From contig CAVUZH010000013.1 of NCBI GenBank assembly GCA_963745835.1, forward strand, positions 608,001 to 672,000: DNA of 64,000 nt. The letters are read 5' to 3'. The translations under genes were made by a program, and so were the position numbers. The notes under the pieces were generated by a model, which ran no database searches, was not told the origin of the DNA, and worked only from the letters and a program-made list of their open reading frames with translations. Origin of the DNA: an uncultured delta proteobacterium (GTDB lineage Bacteria; Desulfobacterota; Binatia; UBA9968). This document shows positions 48,883 to 58,703 of this stretch, one piece after another (the stretch's first letter is position 1; each line of letters opens with the position of its first letter).

Positions 48883-49896
48883 ATGCACAAACAGATTGCG
48901 CTGCTTTTGATAATTTTACTCGGCGCTGGATTGAACGGCTTTGCTCAAACCGACTCGACACCAGGCGCGCCGACCGCAGCTATCGTCGCAGCCACGAAGA
49001 AATTCCTCGCGACGCTTAACGATACGCAGCGTGGCAAGATCGTCTTCGATTTCAAAGACGAGGCGCAACGCAAGCGCTGGTCGAATCTTCCCGCGGCAAC
49101 CTTCAAACGGCAGGGTTTGCGCATGGGCGACCTGACAAAGCCGCAGCGCGAGGCGGTGCTGGGGGTCTTGGCAGCGGCGTTGAGTCCGCAGGGATACACG
49201 AAAATTCTGCAGATCGTCGAGGCTGACGAGGTACTGAAGAACTCGGGCGGTCAGACGATGTTCGGGCGCGATGAATATTATCTCTCGTTTCTCGGCCAGC
49301 CTTCCACCACCGAGCCGTGGATGATTCAGTTCGGCGGGCACCATCTCGGTCTCAACATCACGCTTGCCGGCGAGCAGCGCACGCTCGCGCCGAGCCACAC
49401 CGGCGCGCAGCCGGCGATTTACGAGCTCGAAGGCAAGACGGTGCGCCCGCTCGGTCGCGAGACCGACAAGGCGTTTGCGCTGCTTAGCTCGCTGAACGAA
49501 GCGCAACGCAAGCAGGCCATTCTTGACTTTCAGATGCGCGACCTTGTGCTCGGACCCGGCCGCGACGGCCAGACGATTCAGCCGGAAGGAGTCAAAGGCT
49601 CGAGCTTGAACGAGAAACAGCGCGAGATGTTGCTGGATCTCGCCGGCGAATGGACCGGCATACTTCACGAAGCGGTTGCGAAATCGAAAATGCACGAGAT
49701 GAGAAAAAATATCGCCGAAACTTACTTCGCATGGAGCGGCCCAACTGAAAAAGGCAGCGCCGCTTACTTCCGCATCCAAGGGCCAACGGTCATCATCGAA
49801 TACGCGCCGCAGCGCCTGGGCGGCGACGCGACCAAGCACATTCACACGATTTACCGCGATCCAACCAACGATTACGGATTAAAATGGAAGCCGTGA
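48883..49896 (+). CDS. DUF3500 family secreted protein
   Basis: Signal peptide; RWSNLP, QFGGHHLGLN, FAWSGP, YFRIQGP..IIEY, HIHTIYRDPTNDYG signature. Confidence 0.88.
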   Translation: MHKQIALLLIILLGAGLNGFAQTDSTPGAPTAAIVAATKKFLATLNDTQRGKIVFDFKDEAQRKRWSNLPAATFKRQGLRMGDLTKPQREAVLGVLAAALSPQGYTKILQIVEADEVLKNSGGQTMFGRDEYYLSFLGQPSTTEPWMIQFGGHHLGLNITLAGEQRTLAPSHTGAQPAIYELEGKTVRPLGRETDKAFALLSSLNEAQRKQAILDFQMRDLVLGPGRDGQTIQPEGVKGSSLNEKQREMLLDLAGEWTGILHEAVAKSKMHEMRKNIAETYFAWSGPTEKGSAAYFRIQGPTVIIEYAPQRLGGDATKHIHTIYRDPTNDYGLKWKP

Positions 49897-50456
49897 TCCG
49901 GACACTTCGTAATCTGCCGCTGCTGTTCGCGTTGATCGCGTTTCCGCCCGCCGTTTTCGCGCATCGGGATGACCAATATCTGCAAGCGACGCTTGTGGCC
50001 ATCGAACCGAGCGTTGTCCGGCTGCAAATCAACCTTACGCCGGGCGTCGCTGTCGCCGAACGGGTAATCGCCGAGATCGACCGCGATCACGACGGCGCGA
50101 TTTCCAAAAACGAAGCCGCAGCCTATGCCGAGTTGCTGAAGCGTGATCTCACGCTGCGCATCGACGGGCGAGATTTAGAGTTGAAACTCACCGGGTCCGA
50201 ATTCGTCGGGCCTACGGAGCTGCGCACCGGTTCGGGAACCATTCAGATGGAATTCTCCGCGATCTTCGGCCTGCCGGCGACCGGTCCCCACAGGCTCACG
50301 TTGGAGAACCGGCATTCAACCGCAATGAGTGTTTATCTCATCAACGCTGCTCGGCCCAGGTTTGCCACGGTCCAGATCACCAGACAAAAACGCAACCAGA
50401 ACCAGAGCGCCGGCGAAATCGAATTTACCCTTTCATCCGTTGCGCCCCAAAGATAA
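49884..50456 (+). CDS. Hypothetical secreted protein, coupled to the DUF3500 gene
   Basis: Overlaps the upstream stop; signal peptide ending AFAH; EF-hand-like DRDHDGAISKNE. Confidence 0.7.
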   Translation: MEAVIRTLRNLPLLFALIAFPPAVFAHRDDQYLQATLVAIEPSVVRLQINLTPGVAVAERVIAEIDRDHDGAISKNEAAAYAELLKRDLTLRIDGRDLELKLTGSEFVGPTELRTGSGTIQMEFSAIFGLPATGPHRLTLENRHSTAMSVYLINAARPRFATVQITRQKRNQNQSAGEIEFTLSSVAPQR

Positions 50457-50654
50457 CTGAATCCGTTGCGCGGCCTTTAAGTGGATGAGGTGACAACAAG
50501 CAGAACAAACTTCAGTTTCGATTCTGAATAGGTAGGGGAAATGGCGAAACCTGAAATGTTCACCTCACCTGGCAATGCCGAATTAACATAGAGAAGAAAA
50601 ATTGTCCGGCGGTGAAATAGTCGAACGAGTACTCGCGCCCGGCCAGCCTATCGT

Positions 50655-50972
50655 CTATCCAGCTTTTAATTCCCGCTGCAAACGCTCAGCCAGCCAAATA
50701 CGAGCAAGAGTCGTTGCATCCGTGGTGCGCTCGCGCGCGAGCTTGCTGAGCACCGCCTTCATGGCCGGTGGAAGCCGCATGTTGAGCTGGGCGGTGTTGT
50801 CCTGGAAGATCGCTTCATGGAGAACCGCGTCTAAATCGGTATGGTTTTCAATTATTTCAGATACGCCAGCTTCCAAACGATCAAATACATCATTGGATTT
50901 TGTCCAGCGGATAATCTCATTATCGCTAGCGTCCCTACTTAATCGGGAAATTTTTCTTCTAGGTTTTTTCAT
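50655..50972 (-). CDS. Antitoxin-like protein with C-terminal ribbon-helix-helix (CopG-like)
   Basis: TAQLNMRLPPAMKAVLSKLARER..ATTLARIWLAERL RHH pattern; ATGA-coupled to the upstream small gene. Confidence 0.75.
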   Translation of the reverse strand: MKKPRRKISRLSRDASDNEIIRWTKSNDVFDRLEAGVSEIIENHTDLDAVLHEAIFQDNTAQLNMRLPPAMKAVLSKLARERTTDATTLARIWLAERLQRELKAG

Positions 50973-51226
50973 TTCCGGTACCTTCGATAGCGCTTTTTCT
51001 GTGCTTCTGTCATGGAGTTGATATGGAATACCCGTAGCGTGCGATCGGGCAACACCGGATAAATCACATGGAGATAGGTTCCACTTAGGCTTCTTCCGAG
51101 TAACTCATAAACATCATCGAGTCCGCGCTGGCTTCTGATCTTTAAATATTTTGTCGCCAATAATCCATAGAAATCTTGCTCGGCATAGCCACACCGAAAC
51201 GCGGAAGCGGAGAAACTCACTTCCAT
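50969..51226 (-). CDS. Putative BrnT/RelE-fold toxin of a toxin-first type II TA pair
   Basis: 85 aa from ATG 51226; YELLGRSLSGTYLHVIY...RVFHINSMTEAQKKRY resembles BrnT-like toxins. Confidence 0.65.
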   Translation of the reverse strand: MEVSFSASAFRCGYAEQDFYGLLATKYLKIRSQRGLDDVYELLGRSLSGTYLHVIYPVLPDRTLRVFHINSMTEAQKKRYRRYRK

Positions 51227-51440
51227 CGTTTGGATTGAAGCAGTTGCTATACTTCGCAAACTCTAATGACAAACGCTGCGGCAGACTCACCCCAAGTCCC
51301 AACTCTCGGCAGAGCGCGTAGGCTATTATCCTTGACCTGAAAGGGCAATTGTTATTAGCGTCAGCCGACCTTCCGGAAGTATGAGGCGACAATCGATGCA
51401 GATATCCATGATAAAGACCGGGCGAGTTGGCGGATTCTTC

Positions 51441-52391
51441 ATGCGCGTGCTGATGGCGGCGTTTTTGTTTCTGCTTTCCGCGAGGGCGGGAGAAACGGCG
51501 GAGCTGAAGAAGTTCACTCTTGGTTACTCCACGGTGGGACCGGCAGGCACCGGCTTGTGGATGGCGAAAGAGATCGGCGCGTTCGAAAAATACGGCATCG
51601 ACGCGGAGCTGATATTCGTTTCCTCCGGACCGATCGTTGTGCAGGCGCTCTTGGGCGGAGACATGAAAGCCGGTTTAGCGGCGACCAATGCGGTGACAGC
51701 AGCAGTGCTGGCCGGCGCGCCATTGGTATCAGTGATGAGTCTCGTCAATCGTCCGTATTATCGTTGCTGGGTGCAGCCGGAAATTACCAGGATCGAGGAC
51801 TTGCGCGGGAAAACCCTCGGCGTCTCGCGCTTTGGCTCTGTCACCGATAACTTGACGCGCATTCTGCTGCGCCGATACAAGCTCGAAGGCGCGGTTCAGA
51901 TCCGCCAGATGGGCGGGACGACGGAGATGGCGGCGGCGTTCCAGCGCCGGCAGATCGACGGCGCGGTGATCTCGGCGCTGCGGATCAATGCGCCGATGCG
52001 CATGCTCGCCGATCTGGCGGAGTTGGGCATCCGCTATTCGAACATCGTGATCGCGGTATCGCGCGATTACCAGCGGCGCAGCCCCGATGACGTCGAGGCG
52101 ATGGTGCGCGCCTATCTAGAAGGCGTTGCGGCAGCAAGCCAGCAAAAGGAAAGAGCGCTACAGGTAATCCAGAAATACACCCGCCTGCAAGATCCGAAAT
52201 TGATCCACGAGCTCTACGCCGACGGCGTCAAATTCCTCGAGAGAGTGCCGCGGCTGGACGCGGAAGCGCTCGCGCCGATCGTCGAGTTCATGGGCAAGAA
52301 GCCGATACCGGTCGAGATTGTCGCTGACAATAGCATCGTCAACCGCCTGGAACGAGACGGCTTCATCGACAAGCTGTACGGCAAACGATAG
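51441..52391 (+). CDS. ABC substrate-binding protein, NMT1/SsuA-like
   Basis: LWMAKEIGAFEKYGID, DLRGKTLGVSRFGS, LERDGFIDKLY. Confidence 0.87.
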   Translation: MRVLMAAFLFLLSARAGETAELKKFTLGYSTVGPAGTGLWMAKEIGAFEKYGIDAELIFVSSGPIVVQALLGGDMKAGLAATNAVTAAVLAGAPLVSVMSLVNRPYYRCWVQPEITRIEDLRGKTLGVSRFGSVTDNLTRILLRRYKLEGAVQIRQMGGTTEMAAAFQRRQIDGAVISALRINAPMRMLADLAELGIRYSNIVIAVSRDYQRRSPDDVEAMVRAYLEGVAAASQQKERALQVIQKYTRLQDPKLIHELYADGVKFLERVPRLDAEALAPIVEFMGKKPIPVEIVADNSIVNRLERDGFIDKLYGKR

Positions 52392-52480
52392 CCCTCCCTT
52401 AGATAAACACTTCGGTTGATGACAACTGTTGGCGATCGCATCCGGTAAGGATCGTATCGAATATCGTTAAGGAGACCCAG

Positions 52481-52864
52481 ATGCCTAACAAAGAAATTAT
52501 TCAGGTGAATCTTGCTGCGGCCAATCCGAATCTCTCACCCGCTACACGTTTCGGCGATCTCGTATTCGTCGCCGGTCAAACCGGCCGGCATCCGATCAGC
52601 GGAGAGGTCGGCAGAGACGTTCGCGAACAGACCCGATACGCCATCGAACGCATCAAAATGATTTTGGAAACCGCGGGGACCTCTCTCGATAACGTCCTGA
52701 CCGTGTTGACGCATCTGACCAAACGCGAGGACCTTGCGCCGTACAACGAGGAGTATGCGCAATTTTTCCCGACCAACAAACCGGCCAGGACCACGGTGGA
52801 GGCGATGTTGAACTTTCCCGAGCTCCTTGTGGAGATAACCGTTACGGCTTGCATTCCCGACTAG
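52481..52864 (+). CDS. RidA/YjgF family protein
   Basis: LVFVAGQ, LETAGTSLDNV, YNEEYAQFF..KPARTTV, LVEI; SD AAGGAG. Confidence 0.92.
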   Translation: MPNKEIIQVNLAAANPNLSPATRFGDLVFVAGQTGRHPISGEVGRDVREQTRYAIERIKMILETAGTSLDNVLTVLTHLTKREDLAPYNEEYAQFFPTNKPARTTVEAMLNFPELLVEITVTACIPD

Positions 52865-53140
52865 CAGCCAACGATTCAAGATTGATTGCGCTCTCTCGGC
52901 GTCTGCGGGCAATCATTCATTTCTTTATCGTAGACGATCAGCTTCTGATCCTCGGCGTAAACTTCATTTGGTTGTTCGAATACTCACGGCGGATGATGGG
53001 ATGACGCTTTTGCGGCTGTTGAAAACTTTTGTCGAAACCCTCTGAAATTTCCTATTGACGGCCCTCCCTGAGCGCGCCTAATGTGCCATCTCAGACCGCT
53101 CTTGTTCCCGCGCGTCTGGGGCTTTGAAGGGAGATTCATC

Positions 53141-54178
53141 ATGTATATCGACTGCGACTCGCATTACTTTCCGGTAAAATTTCTCGAGCCGGTGAGTGCC
53201 AAGTACCCTCACTCTCCGCGGGTGGTTCGCCAAGGCGACGATGTCAGATCGGTTCTGCCCGACGGAACTTTGATTAAAAATCAGGCGCCGAAAGGCCGCT
53301 GGCATCTCGATACTCGCGACCAGCATGTCGACTGGGAAGGCTTCGACGTTCACGTTCTCATTCCCGAAAACCGCGAGCTGCTCTACACGTGGGATCGCGA
53401 TCTCGGTTGCGAGCTCGCCCGCGCCTATAACGACGCCGTGGCACAAGACCTTAAGGAATGCGCGCATCCGGAAAAATACATCGGTGTCGCCTGGGTGTTT
53501 CTGCCGGATGTCGAGGAATCCTGCCGCGAGGTTGAAAGAGCGGTAAAAACCCTTGGACTCAAAGCAGTCAAGTTCATGGGCGGATTTGAAGGGGCCAACC
53601 TGGGCGCAGAGAAGCTCTGGCCCTTCTACGATAAAATCTGCCAGCTCGATATTCCAATTCTCGTCCACGATACCGCGTCGGACCGCGATGGCCATCCCAA
53701 TCCCGCGCTCGTGGGCATAGAGCAGTTATTTCTGGAGGCGGACAATAATGCTCTGGCCTTTTTGCTCGCCTTCCCGTTCCGCTACATGGTCGATATCGGC
53801 AGTCTGATTCTCCGCGGCGCGTTAAAGGAGTTTCCCAAGCTCAAGATCTGCTTCGTCGAAGGATCGGCGGCGTTTGTTCCCTGGCTGATGGAACGGCTCG
53901 ATATGGATATCAAAGCGAAGGAACGGCTCGGCAAGCTGCCGAGCGAATTCTTCAACCAAATCTGGGTTTCGGCTTTCGCCGCTGAGACCTCGCTAAAATA
54001 TGCCTGCGATTTCTGGAAGGACCATAACCTGACTGTGGGCAGCGATTATCCGCACGGCGATCCATCCGCCACTTGGAACATAGGCACCGTCAAGATGATA
54101 AAAGAGATGGACGGAATGGCGGCGAGCGACAAAGAAAAAATTCTCGGTGGCAATGCCATGCGCTTATTCGGCATGTAG
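53141..54178 (+). CDS. Amidohydrolase_2 family protein
   Basis: IDCDSH, PILVH, FVEGSA, GSDYPHGD, KILGGNAMRLF. Confidence 0.9.
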   Translation: MYIDCDSHYFPVKFLEPVSAKYPHSPRVVRQGDDVRSVLPDGTLIKNQAPKGRWHLDTRDQHVDWEGFDVHVLIPENRELLYTWDRDLGCELARAYNDAVAQDLKECAHPEKYIGVAWVFLPDVEESCREVERAVKTLGLKAVKFMGGFEGANLGAEKLWPFYDKICQLDIPILVHDTASDRDGHPNPALVGIEQLFLEADNNALAFLLAFPFRYMVDIGSLILRGALKEFPKLKICFVEGSAAFVPWLMERLDMDIKAKERLGKLPSEFFNQIWVSAFAAETSLKYACDFWKDHNLTVGSDYPHGDPSATWNIGTVKMIKEMDGMAASDKEKILGGNAMRLFGM

Positions 54179-54266
54179 CGGTGGCGTGCCGAGTGCTGTT
54201 TAGGCACGCTGCGGCCGGCGGCGTGCTGGCCGCCCAGCTTCAACGGGGTTGTCAAGGAGGCGAGCT

Positions 54267-55298
54267 ATGGTCTGTTATAGAATCGCTATTCTGGCGCTGT
54301 TTGCCGGGCTAGTTGCGTTTCATCAGTATTGCATCGAGGTACACGCTGCGGCGGCACCCCCCAAGGTTGTCATCTCGTTTGCCGGAGTGAACCCGAGGCA
54401 AACTCCGCTCTGGATTGCGCAAGAACAAAAATTTTTCACCAAGCACGGCGTCGATGCTGATGTCGTCTTTATCCGCACGGGACCGATTCAAGTGGCGGCC
54501 GTAAGCTCCGGCGCCACACAACTCGCCTACTCCGGTCCCGCATCGGTCCTCGGCGCAGCTGCGGGTGGAACCGATCTCCGGCTGATTGCTTCTTTCACCA
54601 ACAAGCTTACTTACACAATGATCGCACGGCCGGAAATAAAAAGGGCCGAAGACCTGCGCGGCAAACGCTTCGGCGTGCAAGCCATCGGCGGATCTGTTTG
54701 GATGGGAGCAGTCTTGGGGCTCGAACACCTGGGCCTGGAGCAGCGGCGCGATAATATCAACATCATTAATGTCGGCGATCAGACGGTGCTAGCGCAGGCG
54801 ATGGAGAGTGGAACCATCGATGTTACCGTGCTCGATGGCGTTTTCAGCCGCAGGTTGAAGCAGAAAGGCTTCTCCGTCCTGGTCGAGCTTGCCGACACGA
54901 CCATCCCGTATGTCAGCAATACGATCGTTGGAACCCGGACATTTTTCCAACAGCAACCGGAACTGACCGAGAACATCATGAAAGGCTTGATCGAGAGTGT
55001 GGCATTTATTATGGCGCCACAGAACAAACCAATCGTCGTGAATACCATCATGAAACGCCTGAAAATCAGCGACCCATCGGTGGCCGAGCAGGGATACCAG
55101 GACCTGGTTCAGATCTCGGACCCAAAGCCGTACGTCTCCTTGGAAGGCCTGCGCAATATACAGCGGCTGATCAAAATCCAAAATCCACCCATCGGCAACG
55201 TCAAACTGGAGGAACTGATCGATAACCGGCCCCTGAAAAAACTCGAAGACAGCGGGTTTGTTCAGAAGACTTACGCCGCGTATGGAGTCGTAAGATAA
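54267..55298 (+). CDS. ABC substrate-binding protein, NMT1/SsuA-like
   Basis: PLWIAQEQKFFTKHGVD, DLRGKRFGVQ, LKKLEDSGF; SD AAGGAGG. Confidence 0.87.
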   Translation: MVCYRIAILALFAGLVAFHQYCIEVHAAAAPPKVVISFAGVNPRQTPLWIAQEQKFFTKHGVDADVVFIRTGPIQVAAVSSGATQLAYSGPASVLGAAAGGTDLRLIASFTNKLTYTMIARPEIKRAEDLRGKRFGVQAIGGSVWMGAVLGLEHLGLEQRRDNINIINVGDQTVLAQAMESGTIDVTVLDGVFSRRLKQKGFSVLVELADTTIPYVSNTIVGTRTFFQQQPELTENIMKGLIESVAFIMAPQNKPIVVNTIMKRLKISDPSVAEQGYQDLVQISDPKPYVSLEGLRNIQRLIKIQNPPIGNVKLEELIDNRPLKKLEDSGFVQKTYAAYGVVR

Positions 55299-55671
55299 GA
55301 GACAGAATAAGAATGAAGGGAAACTTCGGTGTTAGACTTTCGTACTGACTCTTCCTTGAGCGTGTTCAGGGCCGGTGCGGCGTGTCTTCACTTTTGACAG
55401 TTCTCCTCCTTCCGCAATGCTCCAGGACTCATGACGAAGGGGATCCGTTTGGCGTCAGATTGAGTTAGCCCCAGTTTTACCCGAGCCCATCCATCAGCAC
55501 GTACAGCACTTTCATCCCGCCTCTTTACGCAAGAAGTTGTGGAATTTGCGTTGACTCCCGCCGGTCACCCGATTTATAGCTCCATCTGGAAAACTTGAGA
55601 GAGAAAATGATTGGTTCTATGCGCCCGGAAATTGCAAAATCATTTAGCGCGCTATCCTGAGGGAGGCTTAG

Positions 55672-55851
55672 ATGAAGGAACTACTTAGAAAAATTGACGC
55701 TGAATACGGGTTTAAATTAACTGAAGAGGAAATGAGTCGAATAGAAAACGACGCAAAAGAAGCCGAATGGCTTTTTCAGCAAGTCAATGAGGTCGACGTT
55801 TCGGGAAAAGCTCCTTTTATGAAGCTTGCTTTGAAGGGATCCAAGTCATGA
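55672..55851 (+). CDS. 59-aa small protein coupled to the amidase (GatC/AtzG-like partner)
   Basis: Below the ORF-track cut-off. MKELLRKIDAEYGFKLTEEEMSRIENDAKEAEWLFQQVNEVDVSGKAPFMKLALKGSKS; SD GGGAGG; ATGA overlap with the amidase start. Confidence 0.75.
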   Translation: MKELLRKIDAEYGFKLTEEEMSRIENDAKEAEWLFQQVNEVDVSGKAPFMKLALKGSKS

Positions 55852-57299
55852 GGGAAACGGATCTTGAAGATCTGACCATCACGGAGATTTCACCGCGCAT
55901 CAAGACTGGAGAAATATCGCCTGTAGAACTGACGAATTTGTTTTTGGAGCGTATAGAGCGACTCAACCCAGTTCTCAATGCTTTTACCACCGTTCTGCTT
56001 GACTCGGCGAGAGCTGAAGCCAAAGCAGCGGAAAAGGAAATACGCAACGGCGAATATCGCAGTCCCCTCCACGGCATTCCGATTTCGATCAAAGATAATC
56101 TTGCAACTACGGGTGTTCGCACCACAGGAGGATCTAAGATCCTGTCGGATTGGAAACCAGACTTCGATGCCACGGTTGTCACGAGACTAAAAGCAGCCGG
56201 CGCGATCAATTTGGGCAAGAATAATATGCATGAATGGGCGTTGGGCGGGACCACCATAAATCCTTATTTCGGGACCACTCGAAACCCATGGGATATAACT
56301 CGGATTCCCGGAGGATCGAGTGGCGGTTCCGCAGCGGCTGTGGCGGCCACCATGTGTCTCGCATCCATTGGAACCGACAGCGCAGGATCTGTACGTAATC
56401 CCGCAGCCATGTGTGGCATCACGGGCCTGAAACCAACCTACGGTCGTGTCAGCTGCTTTGGCGGTGTTCCTGGCACGGGTGCGTATTCCACGAATCATTT
56501 CGGAGTCTTGACGAAGACCGTCAAGGATTGCGCTTTAGTGCTGCAGGAAATCGCGGGCTTTGACCCAAAGGACTCTCTAAGTGCCGATGAACCGATTGAC
56601 AATTATTCAGAGAATCTAGGGAAAAAGCTCGATGGCATGAGAATCGGGCTGATCGTGGGATATTACAGGAAATTGACGGTAGGAGATGTTGCGCTCAAGT
56701 TTTCAACTGCGGTTAGGTTGCTGGAGTCGCTTGGCATGAGGACGCAGGAGTTATCGATTCCTCATATGGAAATAATTCCCGCAGTGCATACGATTGTTAG
56801 CCGATCAGAACTTGTTTCTGATCATGATCGTTATTTGAGAAGCAGACCCCGTGACTATAGCTCGGAATTGCTTTACAGGCATATCCAGGCCCTGATGTTT
56901 CCCGCTGGAACCTATGTAACTGCTCAGCGGGTGCGGCGCCTCATATGCGAGGAGTTCGACGAGGCTTTCAAGCAAGTCGACGTGATCGTCACTCCCGTAT
57001 CAATACCTGCGCCGAAAATCGAGGATTGCGGCCGTGGCGTAACAGAAATTGACAGTGAAAGGGTTACGCTAAGAGATGCCAGGGGGAGTTTTTGGGGCTT
57101 GGGAACCGTTCCATTCAATGTGACCGGACACCCTGCGATTAGCGTGTGCTGCGGTTTTTCCAACTTGGGTCAACCGTTAGGGATGCAAATTGTCGGGAGG
57201 CCATTTGAGGAAAAGACCGTTTTGCAGGTCGCCGGCGCATATGAGACCGCGGCCCAATGGTATAAGAGAAAGCCGCCGCTGCAAGCTGTAGGGCGCTAA
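55848..57299 (+). CDS. Amidase signature family enzyme (GatA/AtzE-like)
   Basis: SIKDN (Lys), GGSSGGSAAAV, GTDSAGSVRNPA (Ser-cisSer-Lys triad). Confidence 0.93.
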   Translation: MRETDLEDLTITEISPRIKTGEISPVELTNLFLERIERLNPVLNAFTTVLLDSARAEAKAAEKEIRNGEYRSPLHGIPISIKDNLATTGVRTTGGSKILSDWKPDFDATVVTRLKAAGAINLGKNNMHEWALGGTTINPYFGTTRNPWDITRIPGGSSGGSAAAVAATMCLASIGTDSAGSVRNPAAMCGITGLKPTYGRVSCFGGVPGTGAYSTNHFGVLTKTVKDCALVLQEIAGFDPKDSLSADEPIDNYSENLGKKLDGMRIGLIVGYYRKLTVGDVALKFSTAVRLLESLGMRTQELSIPHMEIIPAVHTIVSRSELVSDHDRYLRSRPRDYSSELLYRHIQALMFPAGTYVTAQRVRRLICEEFDEAFKQVDVIVTPVSIPAPKIEDCGRGVTEIDSERVTLRDARGSFWGLGTVPFNVTGHPAISVCCGFSNLGQPLGMQIVGRPFEEKTVLQVAGAYETAAQWYKRKPPLQAVGR

Positions 57300-57377
57300 A
57301 ACGAAGCAAGTAACGCCCCCGCAGTAGAAGCAGTGGTTTTGCTGAACGCAAATCATTCAAAGAGCCAAGGGGGTACT

Positions 57378-58415
57378 ATGCGGCATCAGCTGAGACAGTT
57401 TCTATCAATTTGTTTCATCGTTGCGGTCATTGTCGGTGTTCAGGTTTCCAAAGCGAGCGCTCTAGAAAAAATTACTCACGTGGATTGCGGGCTGGTGCCG
57501 TCATTTTCTGTTGTCTGGGTGGGAGTGGACGCGGGCATTTTTAAGAAAAACGGCTTGGACGTGAATACCGTGACTGCGCAATCGACCGCTGCTTGCGTCC
57601 AATCTATGCTGGCAGGAGAAGCGCAAGTGGGCAATCCGGAAACGGTCGCTGGATTGATCGCCAACCAAAACGGGGCGAGTTTTGTCAACATCATGAATTA
57701 TCAGAAAACGATTCTCTACGAGATGTTCGTTCGTAGCGAGATCAAATCCGCACAAGATCTAAAAGGTAAGAAGATGGGGATCAATAGGTTCGGAGCGACG
57801 GCGGAAGCCATGTCGCGAATCATGTTGAAAAATTTGGGCCTCGACCCGCACAAGGATATGAGTTTCATTCAAGTCGGAGGCGGACAGGAAAGGGCATTAG
57901 CCTTGATGAACAACGCCGTACAAGCATCCCTGTTTTCACCCCCGGAGCCTGTTAAGCTGGCTAAGGAACCATCACTCAGGCGCTTCGCAACATTGTCGGA
58001 TCAGAATGTCGAGTACCCCTATTTAAATTTGGTTACCACTCGGAATTATTTGAAAGATCGGCGAGATATTATTCGGAACTTTGTTAGAGGTTATTTAGAA
58101 TCGTTGAAATTTTATGCCACCTCCAAGCAGCAATCGATGGAGATTATTTCAAGGCGGCTGCGGATCACGGATACGGAATTAGTGGATTATGTTCACAAGA
58201 CCACGGTCGAAAACAGTTACATGAAACCGTATGTCCCCAAGGACGCCGATATACTCTACGAATTTGCGCAGCTCCAGCTGAAGAAACCCATCACTGTAAA
58301 ATGGGACGACACGTACGATAACAGTTTCGTCAGGGAATTAGACGCATCGGGCTTTATCGATAAACTATTCCAGGGAGTGACAAATGTCATTCGTGAACCT
58401 GTGGCTCATAAATAA
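57378..58415 (+). CDS. ABC substrate-binding protein, NMT1/SsuA-like
   Basis: GIFKKNGLDV, DLKGKKMGINRFG, FVRELDASGFIDKLF. Confidence 0.87.
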   Translation: MRHQLRQFLSICFIVAVIVGVQVSKASALEKITHVDCGLVPSFSVVWVGVDAGIFKKNGLDVNTVTAQSTAACVQSMLAGEAQVGNPETVAGLIANQNGASFVNIMNYQKTILYEMFVRSEIKSAQDLKGKKMGINRFGATAEAMSRIMLKNLGLDPHKDMSFIQVGGGQERALALMNNAVQASLFSPPEPVKLAKEPSLRRFATLSDQNVEYPYLNLVTTRNYLKDRRDIIRNFVRGYLESLKFYATSKQQSMEIISRRLRITDTELVDYVHKTTVENSYMKPYVPKDADILYEFAQLQLKKPITVKWDDTYDNSFVRELDASGFIDKLFQGVTNVIREPVAHK

Positions 58416-58703
58416 TGTTTCACTGGGTTTCTTTGCTTAGTCGCTGTCTGAAATACTTAGATCCATCGCTGCTCTTTTTTGCCAACTGTAGCATCTTTCC
58501 CGATTCACACAGCTCTGTTTGTTCACATTCTTTGCCTGGCTGAAAACCATCATTTTCGTACGCTGTCGTACGGACCCACCCGATTTTGGCTTCCTTTTTG
58601 TCAGTTAATACGCCCTATCGCGGGCTTTTGCGCCTCATGGCTGCCCGTGTCGACGCGGTATTTCAGGGGCATGGTCATTGCGGAAGTAACCTTCCTCTGA
58701 GCC

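Noticed and set aside
48916-49845. Long antisense ORFs (e.g. 48916-49845, 8650-9441, 36354-37220)
   Set aside because: Shadow frames of well-supported GC-rich genes on the opposite strand; no motifs or SD.
58667-58681. Sigma-54 promoter (GG-N10-GC) upstream of rlpA
   Set aside because: Spacing fits, but the TGGCAC consensus is imperfect and no activator gene is nearby; too weak to call.
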